NCBI GenBank assembly: GCA_000165425.1
Contig: CT867995.1
Coordinates: 62,001-126,000 of the forward strand
Reading direction: 5' to 3'
DNA: 64,000 bases
Source: Paramecium tetraurelia
Lineage: Eukaryota
Below are positions 27,882 through 39,594 of this stretch, one piece after another (within the stretch, counting starts at the first letter, position 1; every line of letters starts with the position of its first letter). Under the pieces are notes generated by a model that did not search any database, was not told where the DNA came from, and saw only the letters and a program-made list of their open reading frames with translations. Position numbers and translations under genes: made by a program.

Positions 27882-29877
27882 ATGCAAAAGTAAATAGGAA
27901 AATACATAACATCAACCTCAGGGTATTTAGGAAGTGGATCTTTGGGGAGAGTACAATCTTTGAATCTATTATAGGTTGACAAGGCGAAGGACTCTGAGAA
28001 AAATATTGATGTGGTTCTTAAGGCAATTCCTAAGAGTATTTTAAAGGATGATGAGGCTATTCAGTTGGCGCTGTTGGATGAAATAAAATTATTCCAGAAA
28101 ATAAAGAATCCAAAAATAGTGGAATTGTTAGATGTGTTTCAACATGAAGGAACATATTATATGGTGATGGAATACAGTCAGCTCAACTTATAACAGTTAA
28201 ATATGTAGATATCATATTAGGTATTTAAAGAAGGACAAGGAGAAGATGTGCATGAGTGAGTAAGAAGCTATCAAGATGTTAAATGATTTGCTAGAAGGGT
28301 TCACTGAGTTAAATAAACATGGAGTGATGCATAGAGGATTAAAATTATCAAACATTATGGTAAATGAAGGAGTCTTCAAATTAGCAGGTAATTCAATTCA
28401 TAGAATGTAAATAGATTGCGGGTTATCTAAATGTTTGGAATCGTTTCGAAAAGAACAGCAATAACTATCTCAATATCAATATTTATCACCATAAATTTTA
28501 TCAGGTCAAAAATATACCAACAAATGTGACATTTGGTCATTGGGTATCATATTGTATTAAGTACTCTTTGGATACACTCCTTGGTTTGGTGCAAAATTGG
28601 ATGAATATCAACATCAATTGTGGCATACCTTACTCTAATTCTCAGAAGATAAAAAACAAATCAGTAATGAAATGAAATCGTTCATTGAGGGTTGTTTGGC
28701 TATAGAAGAAGGTTATAAACATTATCATTATTTTAGAGGAAAGATTTGATTGGGATGCAGTGTATAAGCACAAATTGGTTTGTGAGCATTTTAAGAATTA
28801 CAGATCCCAAATCAAGTAGGATCAAATTAAATTTCTAATGAACGAAGTCAGGTAGAAAATTATTAAGTAGAATATCGATGTCATTAAGCTCTTTAATGAA
28901 CTTGATGTCAATTCAGATCATACTTTAGAATATAAAGAATTAGTTGTACTACTCAGAAAAATAGACAAAACTTTATCAAATACGGATTGCAAAATCATAT
29001 TCAAGCAATTGGATTTAGATGGTGATAAGAATATTTCATTTGATGAATTTGCAAAGTGGCTGACTGATAATAACACAAAGATGACTCTATTAACTAGGAA
29101 ATTTCATCGTCAATCAACTATGAAAAATACTGCATCGCCTGGAGTCTAACCTTAGAGCACTCCTTAAGGTATGAATGCTAATTAAAATGTTCACAGTTAA
29201 TTAAACATCCATACTCCATAGGGTTACGATAGTAAAATTAACAACCCTATGGTTTCAGAGATGGATTTGGATGCTAACCCTTTTGAAGATATTTGCAAAC
29301 AGCGATCTCCGGAACAAACCATATTAATGATAAAGGATGGACTAAATTAATACAGAATCAATTTGTTTGATTTGTTTTGTAGATTTGATTAGAACAGAGA
29401 TGGATTCATTAGTTTCTAAGAGTTCTTTATGATGGCCAAGTAGATTAACTAGCAATTTACAAATGAAGAATTAAGAATAGCATTCAAAGTTTTTGATTTG
29501 AATGATGATAATTTCATTAAATTTGATGAATTTAAAGAGATTCTTGCAATTACAGTTCAAAGAGTATATTTTATAGTTTATTAAAGCCAATTAAACCAAA
29601 TATGAGTTTCCCATAATTTCCTATGTAGAATTCAAGTTATGCTCCTTTTTTTGGTACTCAATATCCACAATAACCATAACAACCATAGTAGCCATAACAA
29701 CCATAGTAGCCATAATAATTTCAACCTTTCTAAAGCAATAACTATTAAAATGCATAATATAATTAACCACAATAAGGTGGATAATAATAATTTCAATATT
29801 AACAATAATAATATAACAATAACATCCAATAATAAAACAATGATTTAAACATAGCATACTAACTAATGAATTATTGA
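27882..29877 (+). CDS. Predicted pseudokinase with four EF-hands and a Q/P/Y-rich tail
   Basis: LGSGSLG, VVLK, HRGLKLSN (Asp lost), DCG, YLSPQ, CDIWSLG. EF loops DVNSDHTLEYKE, DLDGDKNISFDE, DQNRDGFISFQE, DLNDDNFIKFDE. Confidence 0.88.
29665..29718 (+). repeat. Coding tandem repeat (Pro-Gln-Gln)x6
   Basis: CCA CAA TAA (CCA TAA CAA CCA TAG TAG)x2 CCA TAA TAA; explains the HNN/HSS and LLW shadow ORFs in the track. Confidence 0.9.
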
Positions 29878-30516
29878 TTAATATATACTTATTTTGATAA
29901 CGGCATTATTGATAATTATTTTACATCTTACTAATTATATAATTGAAGGTCTATTATATGAAAGTATGTAGATATTTGTGTAACAATAAATATTTTTGTA
30001 TACTTATGGCTTACTTTATTATTCATTTTTTTTATGTAATATTTAAATAAAGAATGATCTCAACTTATTTGATTTATATTGCAAAAATAATATGCTTTTC
30101 TTTTTAGAGCATTTTATAGAACAAATGAATTATAATTGAATACCAGAATAAATTTAAAGCTTTCTGATTAGTTATAATTATACAATTCAATACAAAACAT
30201 TACTTCAAAATATATATTGAGAGAATGAAATAGAAGACTTGGATTACAATATTTGAATATACAAGTTTGATCTGTAGACACGAAGAATTTAGCCTCTCTA
30301 TTAATTTGTTTCATAAATTGATTCTAATTATCAATTCAATCTTTTTTCAAAGCACATCTACGATCTAGTAAAATCTCAGTGGCAGCTTTATCTAAAAGTA
30401 TGCTTTGAAGATGATGCTTTTATGAGTGTTATAAGAGTCAATCTCATATTTGACGTGTCATTAGGCTATAAACAGAAATTAAATGTAATCGCTGATATCA
30501 TTCATATTTATTAATT

Positions 30517-32042
30517 ATGTAATTATCACACATCATTTGGTTGTTTTTCGGAGTCCTATTGGCTTACAACTTGAAGTTGTACATGGACTCCAAAGTTCAA
30601 TACGATATCAAGATAGATGGAAATTCAATTTCAATAAATTTGTAAGGGAAGTCGATTGGGAATAGTGGATTGGAAGTGGCTTGCAAATAATTCCAAGATT
30701 TTGTCAATGTGACTAAATTGGAAGCCAATTTCAATTTGAATGGACTCACAAATGTTCAGACTCTTTTGTTAACTATAAGTCGATTCAAGAGATTATAAGA
30801 ATGTACATTTCTATATTCATTATCATTTTAGTGAATTTGCAAATAGGAAATAATCCAATTGGTAATTCAACAGCTTCGAATCTTTAGGCTCTTTTGATTC
30901 AATTGTAAAATTTGGAGTCCCTCTCATTAGGATTAGATACCCTATTCACACACCAAGGAAGGTCACAAATAATCAAGAGTATTTCAGAAATGAAGAAAAT
31001 TCACACACTCCAAATCTCACTCATCAATACAGATTTAGGTGGTAATTAAATCGACATGTTGCTGCCAATTGCTGAAATGAGATAATTAAAATCCTTAGAA
31101 TTGATACTGATGGGCAGCAATCTAACAGCGCCATCCACTAAATCCTTATAGACATTATTGTACAAGCTGCCAAAATTAGAACATCTAGTTCTAAATCTCT
31201 ATGGTAATAGAATCTTGGTTGACGGGGTTGATGATCTAAGTGCTGGTCTGTACCATTAAAAACAGGTTAAGAGTTTAGAATTAGAATTGTACTTCAATAA
31301 TATAACTTCAAATGGAACAGAAACCTTGATGAGTGTGACTGGATAGATGACTAATCTTACAAAATTACATCTTGGTTTAGAGTTCAATTACGTTGAGGAA
31401 GAGGGAGCTAAACATATTGCCAAGGCTTTGGGAAATCTTTAGCACCTCAATGACTTATCAATTAATTTGGCATCTAAGAACTTTGGATACTTGGGATATG
31501 AGGCTGTGTTATAAGCAATTGAAAAATTGCCCATTTTGGACTCATTGCAATTAATCATTGGAATTAATAAATGTGGTACCAGAGGTGCTGACTTATTAAA
31601 AAAGGTGTTGTTTAAGCAGAATAAATTGAAAACTTTGGTTTTGGATTATACTGAAAATTACATTGGAGATGCAGGTGCTTCATTTATTGGAGAGGGTTTG
31701 ACCTACCAGAAGGCTCTTGAATATTTAAAAGTGACTCTAAATTTTAATTCTATTTCTGATAGAGGAGCTATCGATGTGGCCAAATCAATTCATTCTCTTA
31801 AACATCAACCAAAATACATAGATTTGAGATTAAGTTAGAACAAGATCTCTGACATAGGATCTAAGGAAGTTCTTCGCTACTTATCTAATGTAACAAAAGC
31901 TGTAGATTTCTTGGAATTAGAATTGTTAGGTACAGCTTTAACCAATGCAACAAGGGATGATCTTGTTGAGACTTACAAAAATTTGAAAAACTTTAATTTT
32001 ATTGTAGATACAGCACCTCCAAGTTATTGGGATGAATAATGA
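30517..32042 (+). CDS. RNI-like leucine-rich-repeat protein with N-terminal signal/anchor
   Basis: MQLSHIIWLFFGVLLA..., ~30-aa LRRs (LKTLVLDYTENYIGDAGASFIGEGL; LEYLKVTLNFNSISDRGA), one intron, TGA 32040-32042. Confidence 0.88.
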
Positions 32043-32354
32043 GTATTTATAGGCTAATTATAATAAGTTTTATTAAAGTTATAGAGTATATTTATCGACT
32101 CTCTCTCAATGAGATTATATCTACAGTTTTCATGTGTATAATTTATAAATGATAAGCAGTTTTGCATTAAGGCTACTATTGACTTCGAAGTCTTTATGTA
32201 AAGTTGGTCGATAAAATGTAAATATTTATATTATTTAATGAATTAAGTTATGAATTTGGGTTGTGTTTCCAACAAGTTGATGGACACATATGCAGTTTAG
32301 GTTTTTTGTATGAATACTTGGGATCATTGTTGTTTAATATACCACAAAAAAAAA

Positions 32355-34550
32355 ATGATTATTAAATACCATTACTTGGAACAGAAGATTGTCAGATAAA
32401 TTTTATGGTGTAAGAAAAAATCATATAGAATATTTGATATTTCGATGTCAAAAAAGCAACGGTTATACTTTTTATTGTGCTAAGATTGGTTTATATACTT
32501 TTTGAATTTCGATTTTTAGATTGTTAACAAAGTTCAAATGGAATGCAAATAATTTACAAATCTACTATTCCTAGATCATTTAAGTACCTTTGTGATGGTT
32601 TAGTTCAATTCTGTTAGTGCATTCGAAATTCAAATGAAGGATAAATTCAACATAGTTAAGTATTAAGAACTCAGCGGATCTCTGGATTGGAATCGACAAT
32701 GCAAATTGATAGATTACTTTTACATTCTCTACAATTCCCAGAACATTACAATCTACGATCTAAGGACTCTCAAACATTTAGGATCAGTTCAATTGGGTTT
32801 GACAATCTCAGACGTCTACTTCATAAACGATCTCTTGTATTTGGGGGATGTCTATGGAACTCTATGGTGTTATGATCTCAACGGCACTCTTCAATATTTC
32901 CATGAACATGCTCATGATGGCTAGATAGTGAACATGGTAGTTTACAAAGAAGAACTTTTCACAGTAGCAAACGATCTCTTCATAAAAGTATGGAAATTGA
33001 ACAATCTCATCTTTTGTCAATCCTATCCCATCTATCAACAGCAGATCCAGTATTTCAAGTTCATCAATTACTCCAAATACTTCCTGCAATCTGCTGATCA
33101 ATTATTTCTATGCGATTTACACCACATATTGCAAGCCTATTATTTGCATAATTCATCCGTCTCTGCAATGTCCGAATAATGCATAGCCTTTAAGAATCAT
33201 GTCTATTACTCTAATCAAAGTCATAAAGTCATATTCGCCCCTAATTCAGTTTACCAAGTACTCTAGATCATTGACAGTCCGAATCAACCAAACACTTACT
33301 ACTTACATTTATAGAACCAAACCTTAGCCAAATGGGTCAACAATTAATAGGTTGATGTCCTCAATTTTGATAAAATCAGAACTATAAATGGAGACAAGAT
33401 CAATCAAGACATCACATTCATCCAAATCATTGCTCTCTCTCCTCCTCTATATGATGTTGAGTTAACAATAGATTCAAAGGATCAGAACAAAATAGCTAAG
33501 ATGCTTGAAAATGCAGATCAATCACTGTACTTTGTTATGGGTTGTTCCAAAGGAGCTGTTATTTGCATCCCTTTGCAACTCTATACAATAATATACACAC
33601 GAGTTAATTATAACAAAAATGCTATTTCAAGCATAATTCACTTTAATGATCAATTGATTATCAAAAGCATTGATAATGTGATCAACTTTGTTTAAATATC
33701 ATCCAATAAAGCCTCCTTGATTAAATCAATTAAAATCCTAAAATTAGGGCCTATACATTTGACTTAATCCAAATAGTTGGCTGTTGCACAATCAAATGAT
33801 TTATATCTATTCAATTCAAACTTGGTGGCATATGAAACTAATGCAGGACATGAAACTGAAATACTACAAATCACCAGCAACAAAAACTTTGTAGTCAGCA
33901 ATTCGTAATAATAAATCAAAATATGGACCAACAATGGATTTTGCCTATTCACAATCAATTTTCATGTCTAAATAGATTACATCTTTTATATGAAGGATGA
34001 TCTCATTATTAGCTTAAATGGTGGTCTATGTCAATTATTAATCCCGGAGCATGAAGAAGTTGAGTTAGATACAAATGAATATAATAAAATACAGATGATC
34101 GATTTGGCAGTATCGAAAAAGAAATCCTCTTTGAAAGAAGAATCCCAATAACTCTAATAATAATCAATTCATTAATAGAAATTTGAATTCAAGAAAACTC
34201 TAGAACTCCCAAAGATTAAACTCAAAATTTAGAATTAAGATAACTTCGAGGCTCCTCAAACTCCAATAAAAAATAAAAAACATTACAATTCTATCCAGAC
34301 CACAACGAATAAAAGTACTAACATAAGCATTTCGAACTCTCAGGCGGCACCTATTAGTTAAAGCTTTGATTATAGCATTTAACATGCAATCGATAGTAGT
34401 TGTGTATTGCCAGCCATACCTAAGCAAAAAGAAGACACATCGTTATTGAATCAATATCTAAATAGAAGAGTCAAAAAGGGATAGCCTAGAAATAGAAGAG
34501 AGTGGACCTTGGACAAAAAGATTTTAGGAAACATCTTGTCACTAATTTGA
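32355..34550 (+). CDS. WD40/beta-propeller protein
   Basis: AHDGQIVNMVVYKEELFTVANDLFIKVW and AGHETEILQITSNKNFVVSNSQQQIKIW repeats; low-complexity C-terminus; TGA 34548-34550. Confidence 0.8.
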
Positions 34551-34609
34551 ACATATACAACTTAAATATTTTTACTATTTATAAATTTTTTGTTATATTC
34601 ATTCCATCA

Positions 34610-35086
34610 ATGATTATAAACTCTATGGATTACACTTATCTGATTAGAATCAATATCCTTTACGACCAAAATGATAAGCTAAATAAGATTCTCTCTGATA
34701 ATTCAAAAGACTTTTTTATCTATGTTCCCAAAATTTTTTAAGATGTGAAATGCTAAATTTGGAAAAATTCTCAAAACTAAAACATTAAGTTTGACATTAC
34801 ATTTCAATTATTTGATAAAACTGATTAGATACAATAGTTAGATTAAATATACGTTGTTTACTCCAAACTCAAATTTATTCTTATTAAAGAAAATAAAGAT
34901 TTTGCAAATTTAGAAGAAATGACGGAATGTAATTTCGAAACCAGCATTTTTCAGGCTATAGACCAATCCATTGTATAATGCATTTAATAGGAGCATAATA
35001 CGTTAATTAAAGGTTAATTGCATGAAACCATAAGAAATCTGTATGCAAATTAGCAATTAAAAGAAAGAAATTGTAAAATATATTGA
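34610..35086 (+). CDS. Degenerate Rab/Ras-like protein (158 aa) with C-terminal CKIY
   Basis: Intronless; DYTYLIRINIL, VKCQIWK, FQLFDKTD, FILIKENKD and FETS are in Rab order, but G1/G3 are lost; ends KERNCKIY*. Confidence 0.6.
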
Positions 35087-35122
35087 TATAAAATAAATAT
35101 ATATTTATATATATAAATTACA

Positions 35123-35611
35123 ATGACATTTCAATTCGATTTGATGTATAAAACCATGTATGTGGGAGTCGGCTTAGCTTTTATCGTTTTCTTCCCTTTA
35201 CCAAGAATAATAAGAAAGCCTTTAGTAAGAGGATTGGAGAAAATATTCAACAACTCAATCTTTTCCAAGGTTTTATATTCAATTTTAAGTTGGACACTAT
35301 TTTTATTTGTGAGTGCTGTCAGTGAGAATCTTGACTTGGGCAAGGAGCTTGTTGGATAGAAGGCTTAAAGAGATTCATATGCTTCAGGCACCTCTCAATA
35401 TGAGTTGGAAAAGACCGTGAATTAAACAAGAATGAAGATGTTTTATTCTTAAAGAAATATTTATTTGACTCTATTCAATCTTATCATTTTCGGAGCTATA
35501 TTTACTTATTTGAAGAGTTTGGTGAAGTATGATGAACAATTGGATAAGGAGGACAAACTTAAGAAATAAATAAATGTTCCAAAAGGAGCTGTAGGAAATG
35601 TAAAATAATGA
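35123..35611 (+). CDS. BAP31/Yet-family ER membrane protein
   Basis: Three TM segments, FFPLP, KMFYSQRNIYLT signature, short coiled-coil tail; TGA 35609-35611. Confidence 0.85.
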
Positions 35612-35644
35612 TCAGGGAATTGAATATTAATCAATTATAAACAA

Positions 35645-36636
35645 TCATTATCTTTAATACCATCCGATTTCACATTTTCCTGGTTTATAGCATTAATTGT
35701 GTTCATATTCTAATTATCGTTTGGCTTCTAGAGCTTTTTGAGAAGTTTATTTTTATTTTTCTTAATCCCTCTTTTTCTGGTTTTTCTTAGCTTACTTATC
35801 TGCATTTCTCTCTTTTCTCTCACTTTCCTTTTCAAGCATTTAGGCAAATTCTTCCATGTCTTTTCTGTAATTGTCCTTCAAATCCCACCAAATCGGAGTC
35901 TTGTAATCCTCTTCAGTCAATCTCAACCACAAGACTAATGAATATTAAGATGGAATTACCTGGCTCTACCTTTGTGAGATTCACATACATGGTTCCTACA
36001 GATTCCACCTTCTCATAACTAGTAGTTGGGTCGATGGGCTTATACAATTTAATGGCATATCTGTATTTGAATGGGATGTGGGAAACGATTCCAAATGCTT
36101 CAATCAAAAGAGATTCATTCTTTATTTCGACTACTTCCAACTTTGCATTCAAACAAGCAGGGGCGTCTTATCGGTGAGAAAACTTGATGTTGATGAAGGT
36201 AGCGTTTTTAGATTGAGCCCATTAAACAACTGGTTAGACTACTTAGACTTGATTGCTTTTTGCCATTGCCAATTTGAATAAGGTTTACATTTCTCTCTGG
36301 TTGCGATACTTATCATTCTTCAAGAATGCACTAAATAAATTGAAGAACAATACACAATTCTATCAGTAATGTCGATGTGATTCAACAGGAAATAATTCTC
36401 ATAAAGACTCAAAGCAACCTTATAGTATCCTCTTGAAATGATAAACTCCAAACATTCGTATTCGATTTGGTGATTCTTCACTATATGATCCTCAAAGTAG
36501 ATCTAAATTTTAACTAACGAATTCTAAAATGCATAATACCTTCAGGATCTCCAATGGTGAATTGTTCTAAATAGCATTTCTTAAGTAAGTCCTGAGAAGC
36601 CATTGAAACACTAATCAAGAATGCAAGGAAAAGCAT
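35645..36636 (-). CDS. Signal-peptide CS-domain (p23/HSP20-like) protein
   Basis: MLFLAFLISVSMA signal; PAVQWAQS..NIKFSHRQDAPAC..LYKPID..VGTMYVNLTK..WLRL..IWWDL CS-domain motifs; charged tail. Confidence 0.75.
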
Positions 36637-36680
36637 ATTAAATTACGTGTATTTTAATAATTAAGAAATTTCTATATTAA

Positions 36681-37830
36681 ATGAAGTAGCTGAATCGTAC
36701 TTAAAATGAATAAAATCTTGTACATTCGGCAATTACCTAAATCAGAAAATAATATCAAAATGAACAAACTGAAGAAGTCCCCAAAGAGATAATGGAGAAT
36801 AAATACTTCACAGAATATGAATAACTCAATGAACTTGAATTACTGACAAATAAACACATCAAATATTGTACAAAGAAACTATTAAATATTGGCTACTCTA
36901 TTTTCTATTTAGATGTTGGCTAACCCTGGTGCATATATTGGCCACTCAATGCTTTAAGTATCTTATAGGACGATGTATCGAAATATGAAAATCAAATTAT
37001 TCAATATTTGGAAAAGTGCAAAATTGGAGGCTTCACAGGAGGACCTAATTAATTTGAGCATTTAGCACCTACATACTCATCTTTACTCTGTAAAAACTAA
37101 ATCAATTTTAGCATTATTCATTCTCTCAACTCCAGCAGCTTTGGGATTAATTGATAGGTAGGCATTGGAAAAGTTCTTTTGGTCTGTTCAAGATCCAACT
37201 GAAAAAGGATCCTATCTTATGCATGTTAATGGAGAAGCAGATATAAGGGCTGTTTACATCGTTGTGATAATGGTGGTCATTCTTAAATTAGAGTATCTAA
37301 ATGCTTTTAATTCTAGTCCCAAGTTGCTAGATGGCTGTGCTGAATATATTGCTTCATGTCAAACATATGAAGGAGGAATTGGAGGAGTTCGATATTCGGA
37401 AGCTCATGGAGGATATACTTTTTGTGGATATGCTGCTTTGGTTTGTATGAAAAAAGCAGATTACATTGATCAAGAGAAACTAATGAATTGGCTTGTAAAT
37501 AGATAAATGGAAAATGAAGGAGGCTTTAATGGTCGAACAAATAAAGTTGTTGATGCCTGTTATTCTTTTTGGTAAGGAGCTATTTTTAAATTGTTAATTT
37601 AATCTGGCTATGTCGATGAGTAGCTAATGAATGTGTTTGAATTAAAGAATTACATACATATGTGTCAGAATGCATCAGGAGGAATATTCGATAAACCAAG
37701 CAAATCTCCAGATGCTTATCATACTTGCTATGGATTAAGTGGATATTCTTTGGCTGATAGTAACTTTCAAAATCCAATTTACAATATCCCAAACAAATGT
37801 ATAGAATTTGTGTAAAATTTCTTCTAATGA
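36681..37830 (+). CDS. FNTB: Protein farnesyltransferase beta subunit
   Basis: LDVGQPWCIYW, HLAPTY, GEADIRAVY, EAHGGYTFC, GRTNKVVDACYSFW, DKPSKSPDAYHTCY (Zn ligands D, C, H present). Confidence 0.93.
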
Positions 37831-38093
37831 TCATATAAATTTAAATTCACATTTTTGTATCATTGATTATTAACATCAACTTTTTTGTTATACCATGAAT
37901 TTTTTTAAATAAATAACTTTAAAAATATGGTTAATTACCAATTTATTACTATTCATCAATATCAATCTTTGATATTTAACAGTTTAATTTTAATCAAAAA
38001 AATTCATAGATTTTAACAGTAAATATGTTTATACCCATCCATAAACAATAATTTATATTATTTTAATAAATAATTTAAATAAATCCTAAATAT

Positions 38094-38924
38094 ATGTTGA
38101 ACACCCTTCAATAAGAATTAGATTAGTTGAACAAGAAATAAAAACAAACACAAACTCGCATAAATAAATTGTTTTTTTCAGTTGAAGATGTTTATATAAG
38201 ACAACATAGCATCAATCACCCTATTTTACCAAATCCGAATTTAATCTTCAAAGTAAGACCAGAAATAATTAATTTAATTTTCGACTTTTTGGATTACTCT
38301 TAGTTCTTGTAATTTAGACTTGTTAATTAGAATACAAATAATTTAATATTATACCTCCTATCGTTGAAATTAAATAAAAAATAGTAATTATTACAAATCA
38401 ATTAACTTGAATAGAAAGATATAATTTCAAATCATCCAGATTTGAAATAAGTATTAGATTCATTATGCATTGAATTAAATAAATCTTTAGAGTTTATAAA
38501 GAAAATCACAAAATACGATTTTTGTGAATTGGCCACCTGTAAATATCCACCAGTCATTATTGAAACAGTTTTTAAATATTTATCGGTATTATTTACTGAG
38601 AATTATGTTGAACAATCACATGTTTGGCCTTACAGCATTATTAGATTTGTACATGATTGTAATTTTCTTAATTAATTGCTAAACATCGATATACTATTAG
38701 TGCCCGATGATAAATTGAAGCATCTTCAAGAAATTGTTACTTTGGAAGAAAGAAAGATTTTTTCATTTTCATCATTCTCTGGGCGTATTTTTAAATTTAT
38801 TCACACAATTGTGATTTTAAGATAGTAACCATAGTACAAATTGATTTACTAAATTTCCTAAATGAGATTAGATGAAACTAAATTAAAAAAGTCTATTGAA
38901 AAACTATAAAAAATTATAACATGA
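38094..38924 (+). CDS. F-box-like motif fused to dynein stalk/microtubule-binding-like domain (276 aa)
   Basis: Intronless; RPEIINLIFDFLDYSQFLQFRLVNQ (F-box), then ITKYDFCELATCKYPPVIIETVFKYLSVLF..W..DCNFLNQLLNID..VPDDKLKHL..SSFSGRIFKFIHTI between coiled coils. Confidence 0.7.
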
Positions 38925-39594
38925 ATTTAATCTAATTTCTTTATATTCACTAAGATTATCTTTATTAATAAAGATCTACGATTTTTTAATTTATTTAGTT
39001 GATAAAAAATACTAATTTTGTGACCGATTATTTTATGAATTTAATAGATATTCTTTCGTTTTTCCTTCAACTTAACCAAAAGTATTTATGACTCATATGA
39101 TAATAAATCAGAAATTTAGAAAAACCAATAAGAATGATATATATTTTGAATCAATTAAATTATTCTACAATTTTATTTATAGTGTATCTCAGTATATATT
39201 TGTAATATCCACATAATATTAATCAATCAAGCTATGAAAATACCAATTTTTAATAACCTTCACAATCAATATCCCTTATTCCATCAACCATAAATGATGA
39301 TACAAAGCACCAATAAATCGCCTTGGCTACTTAGTAATACTACTACTATTTAATCTTTTAACCTTAGTATTACTTACATGTTTTTGATCCTCTATAGATT
39401 CAAATAGTTGATTTCTGAGAATAAAAATTTTGTAGATTATATTTTTAATTTGAAAACTGCTAGACAGCATTAATTTTACATATTATAGATATTGTTCTTA
39501 ATTTTGTTCAAAAGTCACAAATTCATATGAGTTTCTTAAATAATTAAAAATATTATGTGAATTTTATATAACTTTTTAATTTATATTATTTTTT

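Noticed and set aside
29621..29857. Track ORFs with HNN/HSS, LLW and MVV repeats
   Set aside because: They are alternative-frame and antisense shadows of the PQQ repeat in the pseudokinase tail.
35606..35623. BAP31-like gene ends TAA TGA TCA GGG AAT TGA (tandem stop, possible readthrough)
   Set aside because: It would add only 4 residues; no SECIS or other support, and tandem TGAs are common after ciliate stops.
34610..37830. CaaX-ending protein close to farnesyltransferase beta (functional cluster?)
   Set aside because: Two unrelated genes intervene and ciliate gene order is not operon-like; probably coincidence.
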